Part shown: piece after piece, positions 1-9,026 of the stretch
Position numbering within the stretch: the stretch's first letter is position 1
Layout of the letters: each line of letters begins with the position of its first letter
IMG/VR virus record: IMGVR_UViG_3300048065_001187
Coordinates: 1-64,000 of that record
Strand: one strand, 5' to 3'
DNA from: a virus
Length of the DNA stretch: 64,000 bases
The notes under the pieces: model-generated
What the model was told of the DNA's origin: nothing
Database searches by the model: none
The model's input: the letters and a program-made list of their open reading frames with translations, nothing else
Program-made: the position numbers and the translations under genes

Positions 1-358
1 TAGGGCTAGCCGTCACAAATACTCGTGATGAGCCAGCTGGATTGCAACAGGGAATTAGACGTGCAAAAAGCATGGGAATTGATCCCAAAACTCACGGTGC
101 ATCAAAAGGGTTAGTACCTAATTTTGCCAACCCATTAGCGGATGCAGTAAAACGCGAAAAAAATGCGGGCATTCCTTCTTCAAGAATTAGGATTGAAAAA
201 AGCTCTCAATTAAAAAGCCCCCAAAATCCAATAGGGCTAGCCGTCACAAATACTCGTGATGAGCCAGCTGGATTGCAACAGGGAATTAGACGTGCAAAAA
301 GCATGGGAATTGATCCCAAAACTCACGGTGCATCAAAAGGGTTAGTACCTAATTTTGC
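1..358 (+). repeat. Exact in-frame tandem repeat with a 231-bp (77-aa) period inside the tape measure gene
   Basis: nt 1-127 are identical to nt 232-358 and encode GLAVTNTRDEPAGLQQGIRRAKSMGIDPKTHGASKGLVPNFA twice. Confidence 0.95.
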
Positions 359-3300
359 TAGAGATAAATCTTCTCAAGTGCAGGAAGGTGGACTCATGCA
401 GCTTTTTGTTTTTCAGTCGTTGTTAAGTACGGCAAATGGATTCTTGCAACAATTTGCCGAAGACGGAAGTGAAGCGGCTAAAATGTTTTCTAAGGCAGGT
501 CAAGCTGCTTCTGGTATGGCTTCAGTCTTTTTAACTACAAAAGAAATAGGTAGTCAATTAACCGAAGGCATGGGAATTGATCCTGGAAAAACAATAAACC
601 TGCGCGATTTATTCTCAGAATCAGGGAGAAGAAAAGCTAAAGCTGGCACAGGAAGGTTTACACAAGGGCTCAAGGCTGCCGCAAAAGATGGCTTTAGTCA
701 GGCTGGATCAAAAGGAATACTACAAGGCGTTAAGGCCTTCTCTGGGGGAATAGCTTCAGCCGGCAAGATGTTGTTAAGGTTTACACCAATGATTGGTAGC
801 CTTATAAGTCTTGGAACGGCTGCCAATGAAGTTTTTAAGTTGTTCAATGATGGAAAAGGCGTTATGTCTTTATTTGAAAGTGCTTCGGCGAAAGCGGCTA
901 GAAATCTAGAAAAACTTTCTGAATCAACACAAGCACTAGAATCCGCATTAGGCGCTCTTCAGTCTCAGACAGAGAATAAAGAAAAAATTGACGAGCTAGA
1001 GCTTCTTGGTTCTATGCGTACACAAAAACAAGAGACTGAATTGTTTCAATTAAAAATGAAAGAACTCGACATTCAATCGAAAGTTCAGAAGTCTATGTCT
1101 CAATTGTTTCAGGAAAATGTAACAGGAACAGCTATTGCCTCCAGGCTAAGTCATCAATTTACTCAAAGCGGAATCACAGTCGAAGAGCAAACAGAGACTC
1201 TTCAGAAATTAATTAAGGTACAAAAACAAAGAGTAGTAATCGAAGAGGGCACAAAAGCGTTTGGAGACTTGATAGAAAAAAGATTTGATAGCTTTTTTGA
1301 AATGGGTGACCTGGGGGGTAAAGACGCTAAGTTCCTTGAGCAAGCGGCGTCATTTAGGGGAGCGCAGGCTGGAATGGCTCTCGGAGGGATTATGGCTGGA
1401 TCTGAAGATTTAGACCCAAAAGAAAGACTACGGATTTTAGAGGAAAACATAAAGACAGTAGGGCAGTTTGACTTAGATAAAATCACCGAAAGTTCTGCAG
1501 ACGAAATAAATACTATTTTGTCTGAACAACTAAAAGGGACTGAGGAATTTGGCGGAGCTTTACTGGCGGGTCATATAGGGGACATAATTCATACAATCGA
1601 TGACGCAAAAGATAATATAATGGGGTTAACAGGGGTTGAGGCATCCGCCGCAACAAACGCAATCAAAGCTTTTGTTAATCAACTTCACAAGCAAAAAGAC
1701 TTACTTGAAAAAGATGGCATCGCTCAAACATTAGCTCAAAGCACTGCACAAGTAAAAGAAGAATATTTAAAGATTATTCGCAGTATCAAAGATGAAAGAA
1801 AACAGAGGCTTCATCGGCAAGATCTTGAAAATAGTATCAGTGCCACACAAAGAAAAATAGCCGAATCTCAAATCTCTTTACTTGATGAACATCAGGCAAT
1901 TTCTAAGTCTACTTTAATCAGAAAAGAGTCGTCCAGAAAAATAGAAGAAATATCTGAGAAATTTTCAACAGATATTTTAAAAGCTAATAATACATCGATT
2001 GGAGCCATGCAGTCAGTATCAGAAGAGTTTATTAAGACTGACCAGCTGGCAACGCAATTTAGAAAAGGTGCAGGAATCACAATGGAGGATGCTGTTAACA
2101 ACCTTAAAAAGAATGTCGGGCAAAATCTTACATCTTTAGATTTATCTGGTATAGAAACTGCAATCGGGGAAGCACTGTCTCCTGCTGATGCACAAGAATT
2201 AAGAAATTCGTTTGCTTCAGTATCTTCTAGAATCGCCGACCTGGATGATAATGGAAAAATAATCAATGAGTTCATGAGAGAGTATGGTTCAATCACAGAA
2301 GGAACGGTTGCTGCCGCGTTTATGGCTGCATTGAACCAGAAAGAGATAATGAAGCTTACCCAAAAGCAGAAAAATCTATTGACAGATTCTATTAATGATT
2401 TAACAAGGGCAAGTGAAACAGCGAAAACTCAAAGAAAAAATGCTCTGAGTATTTTAAAAGAAGACAAAACATTAAAATTAATACGAGCAAAAACTGTAGA
2501 CGGTGCAAGAGCATTGAAAGATAAATTAAGTGGTGTAAATATACCTGAGTTATCAATTGAATCAAACCAAGGAGAGACGGCCACTCTATCAGTATTAAAT
2601 GATGCTCGTCGTGGACAAGTAAAAGCATTAATGGATTCTAGAATCCTGGATGACAAAGCCTATCAACTTCAAATTGAAAAAAACAGAACAGAAGCGGAAT
2701 CTTCTGTGCTATCTCTTAGGCAGCTGCAATCTCAAGAAGCAATTTTACGATCAACACAAACCCAAAGCGAAGATTATAAAAATATCATACGTATTCAGCA
2801 GGCAAAATTTGAATCAGAACTCAGTAATTCTTATTTAACAAAACAAGAAACGGTTGCAAGAGAAGATTTTCTAAAGATAGATTCTAAAAGATATAAGCTT
2901 GTTAATGAGCAGTTGGAGACAGAAATGTCAAACGCTAGAACAACAGCTCGACTAAATCTTGAAAAATTAAAGTTAACATCAATCACAGAGACACTGGAAG
3001 AAATTGCAGCAACACAAATTAAAGAAGAACTAACTAGCACCCAATCCTCTTCTCTGATAGCTTCCGAAAAAAGCCTACAGTTAATAAAGAACCAAGAAAT
3101 TTCTGAACAATTATTTAGAGCTTCTCAGCTACAAGAAAAGAGTAACCAGCTTGACGAGCTAAGACTTGCCGCGCGAAAAGCAAGCATGAGTCAACAAGAG
3201 TTTGATCAAAAAGCAGATACTGAAGTTGCGATTGAGCGGGCTAATGCTATTTCTGCCGCAAGATTAAATATTGCAAAATTAAAAAGGTTAAGTATTCAAG

Positions 3301-6300
3301 AAGAATTAAATAAGCAAGTACAAATTGAGCTTACTGAAGAAATAACTTCTGCACAAAGGTCTGCACTAATAGCCTCAGAAAAAGCAATTATACTTTCTGA
3401 AATGGGAGAACAAGGAAGACTTCTGCGTCAGGCAAACGAATTGCTTGAATCCTCTAATAAACTTCAGGAACTTGAAAATGCTATACGAAAAGCAAATGTT
3501 AGCGAAAGGCAACTAAGGTTAAATACAAGCGTTGATATTGCATCTGGCAGAGCAAACGCTATTGCCGACACAAGAGGAGCAGCGATGCGGGCAAGTATTA
3601 CAGGTAGCCCAGAAGATGCCTTGGCTTTTGCCCAGTCACTAAAAGAGACAAATAAATTATTGGGTAATGGCACTAGGGCTTTTGATCAATTAAGAATCAA
3701 GATGGCGGAATTAAATGTTTCTGCCGCCAACCTTGGATCTGATTTGGTTGACATAGGTATCGATGGAGCAAGAACAGGACTCAAGCAATTATTCAAAGAT
3801 ATTGGGTCGGGGGCAAAAAGTGCAAAAGAAGCATGGAGTGATTTTAGTTTAGGACTAGCAGAGCAACTTCTTGATAGAGTAATGGAGCATAATATCGACA
3901 AGATTATTAAGGATCTGACATATGCTTTTACAGGAGAAGATGGAAGTTCTGATGCCGAAAAGATTGCAGGCTCAAATAGTCATTTAACCAGTGCTATGGG
4001 TTCACTAGAAGGAGTACTTAAATCCCTAGGGGGGCACACTAAGGATTTGCAGCAAGAATTACAAAAAGGAATAGGTCTTAATGCTCCAAGTATGGATTCA
4101 AAACTTTCGGAGATGGCTGTGTTTGATAAAAGCATACAAGATCTGGCAATACAAGTCGCCGAACTCTCTAATGCTGTAAAACTAGATGTTTCTAGTAGAA
4201 AAAATAAATCAATAGAGCAAACTAAAGATAGTCAAGATACAACTGATTTCAATCCAACCGGAGATACTTCAAGACTAATTAAAAATAAGACTCTAATTCA
4301 ACAGCAAACAGCAAGAGGTCGAGGGAGGGCGGCCAATCAAGTATTAGCTGATGCTGGATATAGTCCAGACGCCATCCATACTCTGCCATCGGGTATTTCA
4401 AAGCATAGGGATCCGAAATTAAGAAAATTAAAACAAGCTCAAGCTGAAAGCTTAGGCAATATTCGCCACCTTGAATCTAAAATTTCTGATTTAAATATGA
4501 CGCCTGAAAGAAGGGAAGCTCTCAATAAACTTAATATAGAATACGACAGAAAAACAGGAACAGACAAAGAAAGGCAAAGTATAGCAGAAGGTGTCGAGTT
4601 TGCCTTCAGAGAAGGTATTGATAAAACAATACAATCAGACAAACAACGTAATATAAATAACATAGAAGAGCTTCAAAAGAATTTTAAAATAGGAACAGAT
4701 CCTAAATCCGTTCCAAATATATTGACTCGGGGGATGGTTCCTGAAATTGGAGAGGTTAGTTACTTTAAAGGACAAGGAGATCCAAAAAGTCCTAAAAACT
4801 GGGGCGAGATGAATATTAAAAAGTTCATGAAGATCAAAGAGCAATCAACTCTTGAAATTCAAAATTTTTTAGGAGTTACTGAAAATTTAGCCAAAGTATA
4901 TAAAGATGTAGCTATTAATGCTGATGTAGCAAAAGATAGTATGGCTAATAATGCAAAACAACATGATGAGTACTCTATTAAACTAAAAAACGAGCAACAA
5001 AATTATGAAAATACAACCTCAGCAATAAGCTCAACCAACCAAGAGCTTAGTTCTTTTTCTTCAGTTATCAGTAAGACAAGACAAAATTTAGAAACATTTG
5101 ATAATAAACTAGTAACAAGTGGGAATATTAAACCAGAACCAGTGATAGAAAACCCACAAGCAGTATTAAATCAATCAGGTGGAATAATACAAAAATTTGC
5201 AGAGGGAGGTTTCGTAAAAGGGCCAGCTGGAGTAGATAGAGTTCCAGCAATGTTAACAGCTGGAGAGTATGTCATCCCTAAAGAAAGAGTCAAAGAATTA
5301 GTTCGAGGCGGTGAATTACAATATTTTAATAACGGCACAAGTGGGCAAGGTGCAGAAGAAAAAAGAAGCAGAATACAAGCTGGGATAGAAGGTGTAGCGC
5401 GAAGTGTCGTAATGACAGAAGTCACTCGAAGAATCGGAGAAGCAATCAATAAAAAACAAGAAAAAGCTCCCCCAACCTTTGACATGAAAAAATTTGAAAG
5501 ACTGAAACTAGGTTCAGATATTAGTCTTGACAAAGGAGATGCAAGGCTTAGCGGTAGAGCACTGGCAACAGACCCCGTTATGGAGGAATATAGAGATTAC
5601 CTTATGGATAAAGCTGCATATAATGTCCAGCAAAAAAATGAAAAAATAGACAAAAGAATGCAAAGAATTGGGCAAATTACACAACTTGCAGCAGGAGCTG
5701 TCGTTACAGGCCTAGCCTCCATGATAACTCCATATGTTAGTTCTGCAGTCAATTTTGCATCAGAAAAGATAGGCAACACATTTAAAGGAAATTTTAGCCC
5801 TAGTGATACTGGAAAAGCATACAGAGCGGCCAGAAGGCAAGGTCTTGATATTGGATACAAAGATGCAGCGAATTCCCTAAGAGAAAAACAGAGCATTACC
5901 ATAGACAAAGTAAGTTACTTTCCCGAGAGAACTGAAAATATGGGAATAAAGTGGACTGCTGTTGAGCCCAACCAAGCAAAAGGAATACTGGCAAAAAATC
6001 AATATATGCCCTTCTTGGGGAATAAAGGTCAAACACAAAAATTTAGAGAACATCAAATTAACAGTTATTGGAAAAATAGAACTGAAACTTTAAATAAACA
6101 AGAACCCAGTAGATTAAAAAGTTTTAAATTTAATAAAGGCGGAAATATACCTGCAATGCTAACAGCTGGAGAAGCTGTGATACCTGAACCAATTGCAAGA
6201 AGAATTGGCTACGATAATCTCAACAAAATGAATACAACTGGACAAATTCCAGTAGTAAAAGGCAAAGGTGGGATAGATAACGTAGGGCCAGTTGGATTAA

Positions 6301-6758
6301 GCGAAGGTGATTTCGTAATACGAAAAAGTTCTACTGAAAAACTTTTAAGAGAAAATCCTACTATGATGCGGTTTGCGATGCAAAACCCAGAAGGATTTAA
6401 ACGCGGAGAACAAGGATATTATCAAGGCGGAATTGTTGGAACAACTCCAACAGCACCAAGAATATCCACAGCTCCTCAACAAAAAACTCAGACATCAAGC
6501 AGTCCTGTAAACAGGTTACAGCCTATGCTCGATGCAATGCAACCAAGCACTAATAATGCTTCTAGCAATACAACAAATAATGATGTTACTAACAACATTA
6601 ATGTAAATGTTACCGTTGATCAAAACGGAAGGGAAAAGGTATCTACTGAAACAAGCGAAGGTTCTTACGAGCAAGAACAAAAACTCGCCATGAAAATTAA
6701 AACAAAGGTTCTTGAGGTTATCAGAGAGGAGAAAAGAATAGGTGGAGAACTTAGTTAA
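3..6758 (+). CDS. Tail tape measure protein (5'-truncated by the window edge)
   Basis: The frame is open from nt 3, so the TTG at 42 is internal. The protein is very long, helical and rich in Ala/Glu/Lys/Ser/Gln. It has C-terminal TMP-type motifs FAEGGFVKGPAGVDRVPAMLTAGEYVI, FNKGGNIPAMLTAGEAVI and the ending NNINVNVTV...VLEVIREEKRIGG. It lies directly upstream of the tail-tip genes. Confidence 0.88.
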   Translation, partial: GLAVTNTRDEPAGLQQGIRRAKSMGIDPKTHGASKGLVPNFANPLADAVKREKNAGIPSSRIRIEKSSQLKSPQNPIGLAVTNTRDEPAGLQQGIRRAKSMGIDPKTHGASKGLVPNFARDKSSQVQEGGLMQLFVFQSLLSTANGFLQQFAEDGSEAAKMFSKAGQAASGMASVFLTTKEIGSQLTEGMGIDPGKTINLRDLFSESGRRKAKAGTGRFTQGLKAAAKDGFSQAGSKGILQGVKAFSGGIASAGKMLLRFTPMIGSLISLGTAANEVFKLFNDGKGVMSLFESASAKAARNLEKLSESTQALESALGALQSQTENKEKIDELELLGSMRTQKQETELFQLKMKELDIQSKVQKSMSQLFQENVTGTAIASRLSHQFTQSGITVEEQTETLQKLIKVQKQRVVIEEGTKAFGDLIEKRFDSFFEMGDLGGKDAKFLEQAASFRGAQAGMALGGIMAGSEDLDPKERLRILEENIKTVGQFDLDKITESSADEINTILSEQLKGTEEFGGALLAGHIGDIIHTIDDAKDNIMGLTGVEASAATNAIKAFVNQLHKQKDLLEKDGIAQTLAQSTAQVKEEYLKIIRSIKDERKQRLHRQDLENSISATQRKIAESQISLLDEHQAISKSTLIRKESSRKIEEISEKFSTDILKANNTSIGAMQSVSEEFIKTDQLATQFRKGAGITMEDAVNNLKKNVGQNLTSLDLSGIETAIGEALSPADAQELRNSFASVSSRIADLDDNGKIINEFMREYGSITEGTVAAAFMAALNQKEIMKLTQKQKNLLTDSINDLTRASETAKTQRKNALSILKEDKTLKLIRAKTVDGARALKDKLSGVNIPELSIESNQGETATLSVLNDARRGQVKALMDSRILDDKAYQLQIEKNRTEAESSVLSLRQLQSQEAILRSTQTQSEDYKNIIRIQQAKFESELSNSYLTKQETVAREDFLKIDSKRYKLVNEQLETEMSNARTTARLNLEKLKLTSITETLEEIAATQIKEELTSTQSSSLIASEKSLQLIKNQEISEQLFRASQLQEKSNQLDELRLAARKASMSQQEFDQKADTEVAIERANAISAARLNIAKLKRLSIQEELNKQVQIELTEEITSAQRSALIASEKAIILSEMGEQGRLLRQANELLESSNKLQELENAIRKANVSERQLRLNTSVDIASGRANAIADTRGAAMRASITGSPEDALAFAQSLKETNKLLGNGTRAFDQLRIKMAELNVSAANLGSDLVDIGIDGARTGLKQLFKDIGSGAKSAKEAWSDFSLGLAEQLLDRVMEHNIDKIIKDLTYAFTGEDGSSDAEKIAGSNSHLTSAMGSLEGVLKSLGGHTKDLQQELQKGIGLNAPSMDSKLSEMAVFDKSIQDLAIQVAELSNAVKLDVSSRKNKSIEQTKDSQDTTDFNPTGDTSRLIKNKTLIQQQTARGRGRAANQVLADAGYSPDAIHTLPSGISKHRDPKLRKLKQAQAESLGNIRHLESKISDLNMTPERREALNKLNIEYDRKTGTDKERQSIAEGVEFAFREGIDKTIQSDKQRNINNIEELQKNFKIGTDPKSVPNILTRGMVPEIGEVSYFKGQGDPKSPKNWGEMNIKKFMKIKEQSTLEIQNFLGVTENLAKVYKDVAINADVAKDSMANNAKQHDEYSIKLKNEQQNYENTTSAISSTNQELSSFSSVISKTRQNLETFDNKLVTSGNIKPEPVIENPQAVLNQSGGIIQKFAEGGFVKGPAGVDRVPAMLTAGEYVIPKERVKELVRGGELQYFNNGTSGQGAEEKRSRIQAGIEGVARSVVMTEVTRRIGEAINKKQEKAPPTFDMKKFERLKLGSDISLDKGDARLSGRALATDPVMEEYRDYLMDKAAYNVQQKNEKIDKRMQRIGQITQLAAGAVVTGLASMITPYVSSAVNFASEKIGNTFKGNFSPSDTGKAYRAARRQGLDIGYKDAANSLREKQSITIDKVSYFPERTENMGIKWTAVEPNQAKGILAKNQYMPFLGNKGQTQKFREHQINSYWKNRTETLNKQEPSRLKSFKFNKGGNIPAMLTAGEAVIPEPIARRIGYDNLNKMNTTGQIPVVKGKGGIDNVGPVGLSEGDFVIRKSSTEKLLRENPTMMRFAMQNPEGFKRGEQGYYQGGIVGTTPTAPRISTAPQQKTQTSSSPVNRLQPMLDAMQPSTNNASSNTTNNDVTNNINVNVTVDQNGREKVSTETSEGSYEQEQKLAMKIKTKVLEVIREEKRIGGELS
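2928..3580 (+). repeat. Degenerate 312-bp (104-aa) periodic repeat in the tape measure gene
   Basis: SNARTTARLNLEKLK (2928), ANAISAARLNIAKLK (3240) and ANAIADTR (3552) are each 312 nt apart. EELTSTQSSSLIASEK (3024) and EEITSAQRSALIASEK (3336) are also 312 nt apart. Confidence 0.8.
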
Positions 6759-7831
6759 TGAATGGTACAGTTTTAGGATACGAGCAACAATTTTTTATTA
6801 ATGGAACACAGCTTTCAGGTGTTCAAAGTATAGAAGGTTCCTACGCAATACAAGAAAGACCCATCAATATTTTAGGATGGGGGCATGTTAATGATGATTA
6901 CCATTATGGCGTTGACAACATAGAATATGCTGATAATGCTTTTTTATTAGACGAAAATGGATTCAGGTTCTTGCAGGAAAGTACATGTGCTAGGGGAGAA
7001 GAACGCTCTGCTCATAGTATGGCAGTGCTTGATGCTCCGCTTGAAGGCGATTTTAATATAAATTCTATTTTAGTCAGTGAAGATTTCTTTTTACAATTTT
7101 TAGGTGATGAACCGTTTACTGGTAGTATGCATCATGGCTCAAAGTATTTTGGCTTTTATAGTGGATACATAACTAACCATAGTGTTTCCTGTGACATTGG
7201 TCAACTTCCTACTACTTCAACCAGTATCAAAGTTTTTGGCGACATAGGAGGTTCTCCCGATTTTATACTTCAGGAGAATGAGTTCCCTGTACTCAATGAA
7301 GAGGGATACAAGATAGCCATAAGTGAATCTTATAATAATGGGCTATATAATGCTTCTGGCGACAATCCTTACCCAGAAATCAGGCTAACCAATCAGGGCT
7401 CAATTATTGTTGAATGCACTGGTGCGAGTACAGACAGGGTAACATCTTTCCAGCATTCTGTAAACATTCCTATTGATCCCATATATGTAGTAGGATCAGC
7501 ATATGCTGCTCAGGTAGATGTAATATGGCCAGTAACCACAGAGACATCGTTTACTTTGGATATAGATGAATACGCATACCAAAGTCTTCGAAAATACATG
7601 CGAACACCTACAGTACAGGACATAGCGATAAAAATTAATGATTGTTTTGGTGAGCCTATACAGCATTATACAGTTAAAAATGCCCGCCTAATAGCTGAGT
7701 CTATGTCTGCCTCTGTAGACGGAAGATTGACTGTAAATTTGCAGTATAAATCTTATTATAATAAGAGGGGTGAGAAGCCGCATGAAAATGATATAAATTA
7801 TAGTAAATTTAAAGAAAAACAAAATGGCTAA
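6758..7831 (+). CDS. Putative tail tube-like / distal tail structural protein
   Basis: Coupled to the TMP by a TAATG overlap. It is beta-rich, with two similar tube-like segments (SGVQSIEGSYAIQERPINILG and DRVTSFQHSVNIPIDPIYVVG). Confidence 0.5.
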   Translation: MNGTVLGYEQQFFINGTQLSGVQSIEGSYAIQERPINILGWGHVNDDYHYGVDNIEYADNAFLLDENGFRFLQESTCARGEERSAHSMAVLDAPLEGDFNINSILVSEDFFLQFLGDEPFTGSMHHGSKYFGFYSGYITNHSVSCDIGQLPTTSTSIKVFGDIGGSPDFILQENEFPVLNEEGYKIAISESYNNGLYNASGDNPYPEIRLTNQGSIIVECTGASTDRVTSFQHSVNIPIDPIYVVGSAYAAQVDVIWPVTTETSFTLDIDEYAYQSLRKYMRTPTVQDIAIKINDCFGEPIQHYTVKNARLIAESMSASVDGRLTVNLQYKSYYNKRGEKPHENDINYSKFKEKQNG

Positions 7832-9026
7832 ACCTTTCTACAGATATGAAGATGTACCATTACTGCTTGCCTCAGAAGGACAAGAGCCAGTTATGGTGTT
7901 TGCTAATAGAGCAAGTATATCTGCCAGCCAACCATTAGAAGCTAAAAAATTTGCAGAAGACTACAGTATCTCTTTTGCCGACGTGTTTGAAGATGTTGAA
8001 TTTAAAGGTGTCGAAGTTAAAGATTTCTTATTAGGCCCGCCAGGTGGTGGGCCAGGAATGAAAATTCCGTCATCAGTTGAATTAATAAAAAGCGGGCAGA
8101 AAATAGCATACCCTAACGGACAAGCTTTGTATGTAGAGGAAGATGCTCATGCCGGGGATTACCATATAAAGGTAAAGTCTACAGGCGATACATTTCTTGA
8201 TATTGAAACTGATGTGCCTTATGGAGAAATTGATGTATTAAGAACATATGCTGCACAAGGAGAGATTCGGGGTAGATTAAATATCACTTATTATATGAAT
8301 ACTGGTAATATTCATTCTTTTGCAGATTTAACTGGCTTAATGGATCCTACTATTTATCCTCAAGTTAATGAAACAAAAATTACCGGATCTCTTGGTGATT
8401 ATAAATTTAATGACGCATATTTAACTGAAATGTCTTTCTCAGCGGAACCATTTCAAGTAATAGAAACAAATATTGATTTAGATATATACGGAAAAATGGA
8501 ATATGTTGAAGGATGGTCTGAGTCTGTATTCGATAATTATCCTTGCGTTAGAGAAAACCAACTAACCGTTCCTCATGCTATGAACACAAAAATATATGGT
8601 GCGAATAGTGTTGGCATACAATATCCCTTGAGTTTTTCTTACAGCATTTATGCAAATCAAATTCCTGAGATACCTGTGCCGATCAGTGGATATGCTGATG
8701 ATGATGGAGAGCTTCCTGTTAGGGTTGCAAAAAACGAAGTAGATATCACTATAGACTTGGAGGGAGAAAAACTGGATCCATTTTTAAAAATTACAGGACA
8801 AAGAGCTGATGTCACTATTAGTCTTTCTGATATAGGATTTGATGAAAATTTTACTGATAATAATTTTGGTAAATTGAAAGAATTTAAGTTGGCGGGCAAT
8901 TTAGTGCTTCCTGATGCGGTGCCAGAAGAACTTGAACAATATGGTGTAGTTGATCAAGATGCACTATCTGTTTCCGAAGGAGGATTCCTTAGGGGTAGAG
9001 CAAGTGTGAGACAGGCTTACAGGTAA
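7824..9026 (+). CDS. Putative tail tube-like / tail-tip structural protein
   Basis: Lies in the tail operon. It is acidic and beta-rich, with YKFNDAYLTEMSFSAEPFQVIETNIDLDIYG and PLSFSYSI segments reminiscent of tube folds. Confidence 0.45.
   Translation: MAKPFYRYEDVPLLLASEGQEPVMVFANRASISASQPLEAKKFAEDYSISFADVFEDVEFKGVEVKDFLLGPPGGGPGMKIPSSVELIKSGQKIAYPNGQALYVEEDAHAGDYHIKVKSTGDTFLDIETDVPYGEIDVLRTYAAQGEIRGRLNITYYMNTGNIHSFADLTGLMDPTIYPQVNETKITGSLGDYKFNDAYLTEMSFSAEPFQVIETNIDLDIYGKMEYVEGWSESVFDNYPCVRENQLTVPHAMNTKIYGANSVGIQYPLSFSYSIYANQIPEIPVPISGYADDDGELPVRVAKNEVDITIDLEGEKLDPFLKITGQRADVTISLSDIGFDENFTDNNFGKLKEFKLAGNLVLPDAVPEELEQYGVVDQDALSVSEGGFLRGRASVRQAYR

Noticed and set aside
1-358. CRISPR array or terminal repeat
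   Set aside because: The repeat is an in-frame 231-bp coding duplication with no repeat-spacer structure.
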